64,000 bases of DNA, taken from the NCBI RefSeq assembly GCF_006345805.1, contig NC_043014.1, positions 23,560,001 to 23,624,000 on the forward strand, written 5' to 3'. This stretch comes from Octopus sinensis. Its lineage: Eukaryota. The translations under genes and the position numbers were made by a program. Every line of letters starts with the position of its first letter. Within the stretch, counting starts at the first letter, position 1. Positions 39,291 through 48,549 of this stretch are shown piece after piece. The notes under the pieces are model-generated. The model had not been told where the DNA came from, did no database searches, and saw only the letters and a list, made by a program, of their open reading frames with translations.

Positions 39291-39329
39291 TCTCTACAAA
39301 TTTCAGACCTTCTGCAACAGCTTGGGTTT

Positions 39330-39595
39330 CAGGGGACCACAGCCCTTCAATATCCTTCCTTAATGCCTGAGAGACGTGTATGGTGTGGATGTGGGTTTCT
39401 TTAAAACTAAACTGGATCTCTTCTTGTCAAGGGTTCCAGATGAACCTACCTCTCGGCAGGAAACACAGATGCGGGCAGCGGCATCGAACTCCATTGTTGA
39501 CCAAGTGGCACGTATCAGAGGTGGTTTCACATACTAGTGTAACAAATTCAACGGTGGTGCCCCAGCATGGCCGCAGCTTTTGGGATGAAACATTT
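39330..39595 (+). mobile_element. Short 3' end of a CR1/L2-like LINE
   Basis: Near-duplicate of 40000-40250, including the GGTGCCCCAGCATGGCC tail. Confidence 0.7.
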
Positions 39596-39659
39596 TTAAG
39601 GGTTTAAATATATATATATAAATATATATTTATATACAAATATATATATATAAATATTT

Positions 39660-40260
39660 GACTATTGCTCTCAGCTATGGTCACCAACCAGTGTCAAATT
39701 AATCATAGAACTTGAGGCAATCCAACGAAGCTACACGAAGAAGATAGCCTCTGTGCAGCATATAAGCTATTGGGAAAGACTCAAGAGATTAAGACTCTAT
39801 TCCTTAGAGCGTAGGCGAGAAAGATATGCCATAATATACATCAGGAAGATCCTACAAGGACTTGTCCCAAACTTTGGCATCGAGAGTTACACAAATACTA
39901 GAACTGGGCGCCACTGCATAGTACCAAGGACTCCAAATTTGCCATCAAGATGTAGGACAAGATACTGTGATAGTCTGGGCTTCAGATGTCTACAGCTCTT
40001 CAATATCCTCCTGAAGGACCTGAGAGACCTGCATGGGGTGGATGCAGATGTCTTTAAAATAAAACTGGATCTCTTCCTGTCAGGTGTCCCAGATGAACCA
40101 GCTTCATGGCAGGAGGTGCAGATGAGGGCAGCTGCATCAAACTCTCTCATGCACCAAATGTCAATTGCTAAAAAGCATTCGTGAAATAAAATCATGTAGA
40201 AACACCAAATGGCGGTGCCCCAGCATGGCCACAGCTCGTGAGCTGAAACTAGATAAAATA
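39660..40260 (+). mobile_element. 3' fragment of a CR1/L2-like LINE
   Basis: ORF 39753-40184 LRLYSLERRRERYAIIY..KILQGLVPN...FKIKLDLFLSGVPDEP; 3' tail GGCGGTGCCCCAGCATGGCCACAGC. Confidence 0.75.
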
Positions 40261-40351
40261 AAAATAAAAAAATATATATATATATATATATAATATATTT
40301 ATATATATATAAATATATATCTATATATAAATATATATTTATATATATATT

Positions 40352-43020
40352 TATATGGTGGTGGAACAATATTGTTGACAGGGCTATTAGACAAAAGAAA
40401 CAGGCTTGGAAGGACTGGAAGAACGGTGCTAGCAGGGAAGTGTATCAGACTGCCAGAAGGAAAGCTAGGAGGCAGGTGTATTTAGCCAGAGGGGAAGCAG
40501 ATAAGAAAAAATTTGCCAATGTTCTGCGCCGTGAGGATGAAAGACTTGAGGTATTTCGTATTGCAAGACAGTGTGTGAGAGAGAATCGTGACGTGGTAGG
40601 AGAGAAATGTGTTCGCAAGGATGTCGGTTCACTTGCGCTAAATGAGGATGCAAAGAGAGAGGTTTGGAGACACCACTATGAAAGGTTGCTGAATGAGGAA
40701 AATGAATGGGATAAAGAGAGTCTGCCGAATGTCGACCCAACAGAGGGACCAGCAATCCGAATTGACAGTTCCTTAGTAGTTAAGGCAATTACAAGCATGA
40801 AAACAGGGAAAGCCCCTGGCCCATCAGGAATTACTGCAGAGATGCTCAATATATCTGGTAGTGTTGGCTATAGACTAGTCACCCGTATAGTTAACCAGGT
40901 GATACACGAAGGAGTCATACCCAATGACTGGTGTAGCAGCATAATAGTCAACTGCTACAAAGGTAAAGGTGACGCTCTAGATACAAATAACTACAGCGGT
41001 ATCAAGCTGCTGGATCAGGTAATGAAGGTCACGGAGAGGGTTATAGCCCAACTAATTAGAGAGAGAGTTAGCTTAGATGAGATGCAGTTTGGGTTCGTGC
41101 CAGGGAAAAGTACTACTGATGCTATATTCCTGGTAAGACAGCTGCAGGAGAAATACCTAGGCAAAGACAAGCCCCTGTATCTGGCTTTTGTTGATATGGA
41201 GAAAGCCTTTGACAGGGTCCCCCGATCCCTTATCTGGTGGTCAATGAGGAAACTAGGGATAGATGAATGGTTAGTGAGAGCTGTGCGATCCATGTACAGA
41301 GACGCTGCTAGTAAGGTGAGGGATGGTAACAAGTACAGTGAAGAATTCTGGGTAGAGGTTGGGGTCCACCAAGGTTCAGTCCTCAGTCCCCTCCTATTTA
41401 TCATAGTCCTCCAGGCAACAACGGAGGAATTCAAGACAGGATGCCCCTGGGAGCTCCTCTATGCTGATGACCTTGCTCTAATTGCTGAGTCTCTATCAGA
41501 ACTGGAGGAGAAGTTTCAGGTGTGGAAGCAAGGTTTAGAATCGAAGGGCCTTAGAATCAACTTAGCCAAAACCAAAGTCCTAATAAGTAGGAAGGTAGAC
41601 CAATCACAAACGCCTTCAGGTAGATGGCCCTGCTTGATCTGTAAAAAAGGCATAGGTAGAAACTCTATAAGGTGCACCAAGTGTAAGCTATGGACACATA
41701 AGAGGTGTAGTAATGTCAAAGGAAGACTAACTAGGAAAATAGTTTTTATCTGTGGCAGATGCTCAGGAGCAATAAACTCTGAAAATATGCAGACTAACTT
41801 CTACCACATTCCAGGGAGAAAAACTAGAAGTAGATGATAGCTTCCGCTACCTAGGTGACCAAGTCAGTAGCAGGGGTGGGTGTGCTGAAAGTGTAATTAC
41901 TAGAGTAAGAATAGCCTGGGCAAAATTTAGAGAGCTCTTACCCCTGCTGGTGACAAAAGGCCTCTCGCTCAGAGTAAAAAGCAGACTGTATGATGCATGT
42001 GTACGAACAGCCATGCTACATGGCAGTGAAACATGGGCTGTGACTGCTGAGGATTTGCGTAAGCTCGCAAGAAATGAAGCCAGTATGCTCCGATGGATGT
42101 ATAATGTCAGTGTTCATAATCGACAGAGTGTAAGTACCTTGAGAGAAAAGTTGGACCTAAGAAGCATCAGTTGTGGTGTGCAAGAGAGACGTTTGCGCTG
42201 GCATGGTCATGTGACGAGAATGGCTGAAGATAGTTGTGTGTGAAAGTGCCACACCCTAGCAGTTGAGGGAACCTGTGGAAGAGGTAGACCCAGGAAAACA
42301 TGGGACGAGGTGGTGAAGCACGACCTTCGAACTTTAGGTCTCACCAAGGAAATGACTAGAGACCGAGACCTATGGAAGTATGCTGTGCGCAAGAAGACCC
42401 GGCAAGACCAGTGAGAACATAACCTGTGGCCTACATACCTTTCCTTCTTGGGACACAAAACACCACTTGTGAAGACCCGTTGAGACAAGTGAAAATCAAA
42501 ATCAAATCAAAATCAAAATCAAACCAAATCAAATCAGATATCAGAGAGCAGAACCAAAATCGAAGTCGATCAACATCAATGGAAATTGCAGCTGTGGTTA
42601 AGCGAACCATCCGATCGTGGCCGTTGCCAGTGCCGCCCCGACTGGCCTCCGTGCCGGTGGCATGTAAAAGCACCATCCGTTCATGTCCGTTGCCAGCCTT
42701 GCCTGGCCCCCGTGCCGGTGGCACGTAGCACCATCCGTTCGTGGCCGTTGCCAGCCTCGCCTGGCCCCCGTGCCGGTGGCACGTAAAAGCACCATCCGTT
42801 CGTGGCCGTTTGCCAGCTCTGTCTGGCACCTGTGCGGGTGGCACGTAAAAAGCACCCACTACACTCACGGAGTGGTTGACGTTAGGAAGGGCATCCAGCC
42901 GTAGAAACACTGCCAGATCAGACTGGGCCTGGTGCAGCCTTCTGGCTTCCCAGACCCCGGTCAAACTGTCCAACCCATGCTAGCACTGAAAACGGACGTT
43001 AAACGGTGATGATGATGATG
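40352..43020 (+). mobile_element. RTE LINE copy 2 (5' truncated, long open RT) with repeat-rich 3' UTR and (GAT)n tail
   Basis: 465-aa ORF 40440-41837 with all RT motifs and a PHD-like finger; 5' end abuts (TA)n. Confidence 0.92.
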
Positions 43021-43095
43021 ATTCTCCCTACTAGCTTAAGGTGACCCGCTCTACGCGCGGGTAAGAGTGTGGTTGTTACTTTCTGTTGCTTCCTT

Positions 43096-43410
43096 TCAGC
43101 ACGTAAAAAGCACCATCCGAACGTGGCGGGTTGCAGTGCCGCCTTGACTGGCTTCTGTGCTGGTGGCACGTAAAAAGCACCAACCGATCGTGGCCGCTGC
43201 CAGCCCCCCTGGCACCTGTGCCGGCGGCATGAAAAAAGCACCCACTACACTCACAGAGTGGTTGGCGGTAGGAAGGGCATCCACCTGTAGAAACACTGCC
43301 AGATCAGACTGGAGCCTGGTGCAGGCTCCTGGCTTCCCAGACCCCGGTCAAACTGTCCAACCCGTGCTAGCACGGAAAACGGACGTTAAACGATGATGAT
43401 GATGATGATT
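43096..43410 (+). mobile_element. RTE 3'-tail fragment inside the non-autonomous Helitron
   Basis: About 90% similar to 42780-43020, with (GAT)n tail. Confidence 0.8.
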
Positions 43411-44086
43411 CTCCCTCTTTGTTTCTCTCTCACTTTCCCACTCTCTTACTCTTCCTTTCTCTCGGACTCTCCCTCGCTTTCTCTTACTCTCTATCTTTAT
43501 CTATCTCTCTCCCATTTATAAACAACAAAAGATCTTGAGTAAGTTGAGAAATAAAATATTTAGAAAGATCAATCATAAATATCAGGCAGTAACAACGGAA
43601 AGGTCTGCTTCAAGGCAGACAGCAAAACACTAACATTTAAAAGGGACAGACGAACTTGCGAGCTGAATAAAAATAATAAAATATTGGAAACCAAAGTTTG
43701 AAGTGATAGAATTTGAGGATAGTAGAGTCACCATGGCTGGCATTTCTTAACGACGGACAGCAACGTATTGACAGTTCAACGGCTGGCGTAAAATTTTGAA
43801 CTTGATGTAAATGAAAATCCTTAAACACCAAGTTTGAATTGATTCTTTCTCACGACAGTAGACTCACGATGGCAAGCATTCAAAACTTCTTCATCATGGA
43901 CGGCAACACATTGACGATTAAATGGCTGGCGTAAATTTTTTAGCTTGATGTAACAGAGAATTGCTAAATACCCACTCCTTTAAATTTTAATCCCCTTCCA
44001 GCCCCATTTAGACCCCTTTCCACATTTTGGTTAATATAACCCGATTTCATTTGGGTCTACTGGGGCTACATTTTATAAGATGAGGA

Positions 44087-44340
44087 CTCAACCAAGTTTC
44101 TCGAGTTCTGGTCATAGACCATAGAACACTCAATCAAGTTTCCCGAGTTCTGATCATAGACCATAGAACAGTCAAGCAAGTTTCCCGAGTTCTGGTCATA
44201 GACCATAGAACACTCAACCAAGTTTCCCGAGTTCTGGTCATAGACCATAGAACAGTCAAGCAAGTTTCCCGAGTTCTGGTCATAGACCATAGAACACTCA
44301 ACCAAGTTTCCCGAGTTCTGGTCATAGACCATAGAACACT
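44087..44340 (+). repeat. 42-bp tandem repeat, 6 units
   Basis: GAGTTC recurs at 44103, 44145, 44187, 44229, 44271 and 44313. The unit contains the Gypsy post-PBS sequence. Confidence 0.95.
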
Positions 44341-45482
44341 TAGCTAAAATCTAGTTTCTACCTAGTCTGAACCAATCAATCCGCCGCAGTCTTCATCCAC
44401 ACAGAGCTTACTCAACCATGTTCCAGTTCCAGCGACAGACGACCAGACCAGCCAGTAATGTTCCTGCTCCAGCCAATGACGACGCTAACATACACCAGCA
44501 ATGCCACCGACGCCTTCATCTCAACGTCGCCTTTCTCTGCCATCGCCATCACCATCGTCGTTCTTCACCTACACGTCATCTCCATCTCCGTCGCCTTCAT
44601 CTCCAGCAACACTAATATGTACATAGCACTCAATTAGGTTTAGCTTTCACGCTGTTATGATTTTCACCGAGGTTAACAGCACAGCACTACCTGCGAGATC
44701 TTCTGTACCAATGTAACCTGGCACAGCATTGAAGCCACAACCGCTACACGACATGTGTTCAACCGGCATCTGCACTTGTGATCCGAACATCCTGTTACAG
44801 AACGAACTGCTATTATGTACTTTACTACGAACTAGTAAATTAACTCCATCTTGTCTGAAATACTCTGAGAGACTTTTCCTATGCGCTGTATTTTGTTTTG
44901 CCCGCATACACCTTGTTTGTACTTCTGTCGCACACACGAACACACATAGTTAATACACACACAAATGCTATCTCTGTCACATTCATACGCCACACATGCC
45001 TTTCTCGTTTGTTTTCCATGCTCAATGTGCCCTTGTAAACACAACTCGTCTCTGTAAGACCCTAGGTCGGTCACGCATACATAGAGAAAGTTGTTTGTCC
45101 CTTACAACGCGCCAGCATGCCACACTTTTGTTCCTGCACGACTGAGGCATATAATAGCTCAAGCACTGGCTGGCAGCCTCAGCCTTACCGCATTAATCAC
45201 TAGGATATTCAATACTGTACACTGTATTTCAGCCTAGCAAGCCCTATTGCACTCATGCACCTCTGTTCTGCATGTGTACTCCCTTGTTTTGCAACATGTC
45301 TGCATCAGCTCAATTCTTCTCCCGACTCAAAGTACATCGGATGTTCACATGCGCTGCGCTCATGTTTAGGCATAATTTCCCCGTTAGACCCCTGTTGGTC
45401 ACGTAATTAACAGAGAAAATTATCTGTCTCGCACCCAAGTTACACCCAAAAAGTGTAAAGAAGCAACCAGTTCCCTTTACGT
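44311..45482 (+). mobile_element. Gypsy-derived non-coding fragment (5' leader, plus possible LTR end)
   Basis: 44311-44850 is a reverse-complement relative of 22010-22472. 45440-45482 resembles the LTR U5 end (AGTGTAAAGAA..AACCAGTTCC.TTAC). Confidence 0.75.
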
Positions 45483-45573
45483 AACTATCAAAAAGTATTA
45501 AAAAGTTTAATATACATAAATACAGATATATACACTTTGTATATATACATTATATATACATATTTATATATAG

Positions 45574-45619
<46 letters not shown>

Positions 45620-46070
45620 AACGCTCTTTGGTGTGTTCTGTTTGTATTTGGTCGATCGGCGCATTGACAGGTAGACAATAGAATGCGATGGAATGTTTCT
45701 CTCTATGAATGCAGACAGATACATAAGTGAATGTTATGGGAAGGTAAGAAATAGAGTGAGTGAAAATGTGCTGGTAAGAGAGGAGATAGCGAGAGTGAGT
45801 TGAGGAAGACAGATACATTAAATAACGGGAGTGGACTTGTCAAAGTTATAAATGAAGGGAAGTTAGAGGGGAATGGAGGAAATAGCGTGAGTGAGGAAGA
45901 TGGCCCCTAGCAACTACACCTTTTAAGATAGGGATTTCTAAGGTAGCCCACGGGCATCATCACCTCATTTTACATGTCCCTGTAAATGTTGGAGCGAATC
46001 GGACGGGAAGTAGTGGCATTGAAAGTGAGCCAAGCGGTAAAAACGCATTTCAGTTTTATATATAGAGATA

Positions 46071-46275
46071 AAGTTTCCCGAGTTCTGGTCATAGACCATA
46101 GAACACTCAATCAAGTTTCCCGAGTTCTGATCATAGACCATAGAACACTCAACCAAGTTTCCCGAGTTCTGGTCATAGACCATAGAACACTCAACCAAGT
46201 TTCCCGAGTTCTGGTCATAGACCATAGAACACTCAACCAAGTTTCCCGAGTTCTGGTCATAGACCATAGAACACT
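46071..46275 (+). repeat. 42-bp tandem repeat, 5 units; followed by a second copy of the Gypsy-like leader to 46517
   Basis: GAGTTC at 46080, 46122, 46164, 46206 and 46248; 46276-46517 duplicates 44341-~44580. Confidence 0.95.
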
Positions 46276-46518
46276 TAGCTAAAATCTAGTTTTTACCTAG
46301 TTTGAACCAATCAATCCGCCGCAGTCTTCATCCACACAGAGCTTACTCAACCATGTTCCAGTTCCAGCGACAGACGACCAGACCAGCCAGTCATGTTCCT
46401 GCTCCAGCCAATGACGACGCTAACATACACCAGCAATGCCACCGACGCCTTCATCTCAACGTCGCCTTTCTCTGCCATCGCCATCACCATCGTCGTCCTT
46501 CACCTACACGTCATCTCC

Positions 46519-46850
46519 TGGGGGATGCCTGTAATATTTGTATCTTCTGTTTATATATATTCATGTAATTTGTAATTTTATATGTTCATGTAATTTGTAT
46601 TTTGTATTTTGTTTTTGTTTTTGTTTTTGTTTATTCTTATTTTGTTCATGTGTTTACATCCACCCATCATTATCATTACATATGCTTGTATGTATGTATG
46701 TATGTATGTATGTATAACAACAACACTAGTAATAATAACAAAAACAAAAACAAAATACATAATACAAAATACAAATTACATGAACATATAAAATTACAAA
46801 TTACATAAACATATATAAACAGAAGATACAAATATTACAGGCATCCCCCA
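46519..46850. repeat. Fold-back with ~100-bp arms
   Basis: TGGGGGATGCCTGTAATATTTGTATCTTCTG... is mirrored by ...CAGAAGATACAAATATTACAGGCATCCCCCA. Confidence 0.9.
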
Positions 46851-46978
46851 CATGCACACACTAAATAAACATAAACGCACATAGAGATATAAGCATGCGC
46901 AAATGAAGACATACAATAGAAATACAAAATGGCTGACGGTTAGTAGGGAGAGACACAAATAAGTGAGAAGAAAACAAA

Positions 46979-47023
46979 GGACCACTGATGCGGTCACAGG
47001 GGTGTGACGAAAGAACTCTGGCC
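46979..47023 (+). ncRNA. Degenerate minimal type I hammerhead-like motif
   Basis: GGACCA-CTGATG(CG)-GTCACA gggg TGTGAC-GAAA-GAAC-TC-TGGCC; core A9 is altered. Confidence 0.4.
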
Positions 47024-47202
47024 GAAATAAGATTAAGATTAATGTAAAAAATAAATAACACTGAAGCAAAGTAACACCAAATATATAGTGCGTGTGCTTT
47101 TATTGGCTAAACTGGCAAAATGACCATTCCGAAATATAACAATATCTGTTTCAACACACGACTTCATATAAAAAATCTTGCACAACAAATATTTAAACGT
47201 AC

Positions 47203-47283
<81 letters not shown>

Positions 47284-47315
47284 TATATACAATATGTTAC
47301 ATTACTCGGTAGTCA

Positions 47316-47378
47316 AGATAAAACTCTGAGTTTCAGATGCCGAAGTGGAAATCCACAACACCATCTCTTCGGTTATCT
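47316..47378 (-). ncRNA. Degenerate hammerhead-like motif
   Basis: Minus strand AGATAA-CCGAAGA-GATG..CATC-T-GAAA-CTCAGAG-TT-TTATCT; two core deviations. Confidence 0.35.
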
Positions 47379-47387
47379 GGCTATTTG

Positions 47388-47808
47388 AAAACGTTATGAA
47401 AAAATACCGTTAAATAAAGGGAAATTACTCTGTTATAACTCTGCTTACCTGCTTACTTATACATCGCTCGCATTTTTCGTCATAAAAATGATATAAAAAT
47501 ACATAAAAAATATATAAAAATACATAAAAATATATAAATTGTTCTTGGGACATAACATAGAAAGCATGTGACTAAATTTCTGTTACGTTTTTGGTCCCCT
47601 AAAGAAAACAGATAGAACATGCTTTCTATGTTATGTCCCAAGAAGAATTTATATATTTTTATATATTTTTTATGTATTTTTATATATTTTTTATGTATTT
47701 TTATATAATTTTTATGACGAAAAATGCGAGAGATGTATAAGTACGCAGACAAGCAGAGTTATAACAGAGTAATTTCCCTTTATTTAACGGTATTTTTTCA
47801 TAACGTTT
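47388..47808. repeat. Fold-back with ~180-190-bp arms and a 49-nt loop
   Basis: Arms 47388-47568 and 47618-47808. Confidence 0.9.
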
Positions 47809-47809
47809 C

Positions 47810-47842
47810 ATATATATATATAAATATATAATATATACATGT

Positions 47843-47881
<39 letters not shown>

Positions 47882-48125
47882 TATGTATATATATATAAAT
47901 ATATATATATATATACATATATATATAATATATATATATATATACATATATATATAAATATATATATATACATATATATGTATATATATATAAATATATA
48001 TATATATACATATATATATAAATATATAATATATATATACATATATATAAATATATATATATATACATATATATGTATATATAAATATATATATATATAT
48101 ACATATATATGTATATATATATATG
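47810..48125. repeat. (TA)n-type microsatellite
   Basis: Seen directly. Confidence 0.9.
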
Positions 48126-48210
48126 TAGGTCCCGGGTTGATTCGGGGTTAACCACAGTAAATAAGGTACTCAATACATAGCAGAGTAAAATTAATTTATT
48201 ATATAGAAGG

Positions 48211-48261
48211 AGCTTCTACAGGACTAGAACTGTTTCATTCAAGAGAAATCTTCAGGAAGCT
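48211..48261 (-). ncRNA. Type I hammerhead ribozyme motif, near canonical
   Basis: Minus strand AGCTTC-CTGAAGA-TTTC tctt GAAT-GAAA-CAG ttctagtc CTG-TA^-GAAGCT; stem II first pair mismatched. Confidence 0.65.
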
Positions 48262-48549
48262 AGTTAACAGGAATTGTATTGGCATTTATACATTTAGGCA
48301 GGTTTAAAGGGGTGTTGGTGGGGGACTTTTGGGGGTAGGCATAGCGCAAAAAATCATACTTGGGGGAGTGGTCAAGGAGTCAGTGTTAAATTAGATAGGA
48401 GAATAAATAAAAAATAAAAAATAAAAAATAAAAAATAAAAAATAAAAAATAAAAAATAAAAAATAGAAAATAAAAAGATAAAAAAATAAAAATAAAAATA
48501 AAAATAAAAAAATAAAAAAAAAAAAAAATAAAAAAAAAATATATATATA

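Larger units (their letters stand above)
43031..46068 (-). mobile_element. Non-autonomous Helitron carrying internal cargo
   Basis: 5' A|TCTCTATATATAAAACTGAAATGC as at 55190, and 45640-46068 is homologous to 55190-55600. 43990-44080 matches 55760-55830. The 3' end has hairpin ACCCGC-7nt-GCGGGT, then 9 nt, then CTAG|T at 43031. Confidence 0.75.

Noticed and set aside
44087-46275. 42-bp hairpin-containing arrays as CRISPR arrays
   Set aside because: The intervening 11-13 nt are near-identical rather than unique spacers, there are no cas genes, the context is eukaryotic, and the unit derives from the Gypsy leader.
47701-48173. YI/IY-rich ORFs here and at 9255-9609, 47120, 55087, 60617-60955 and 63420-63799
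   Set aside because: Translations of (TA)n/(TG)n microsatellites.
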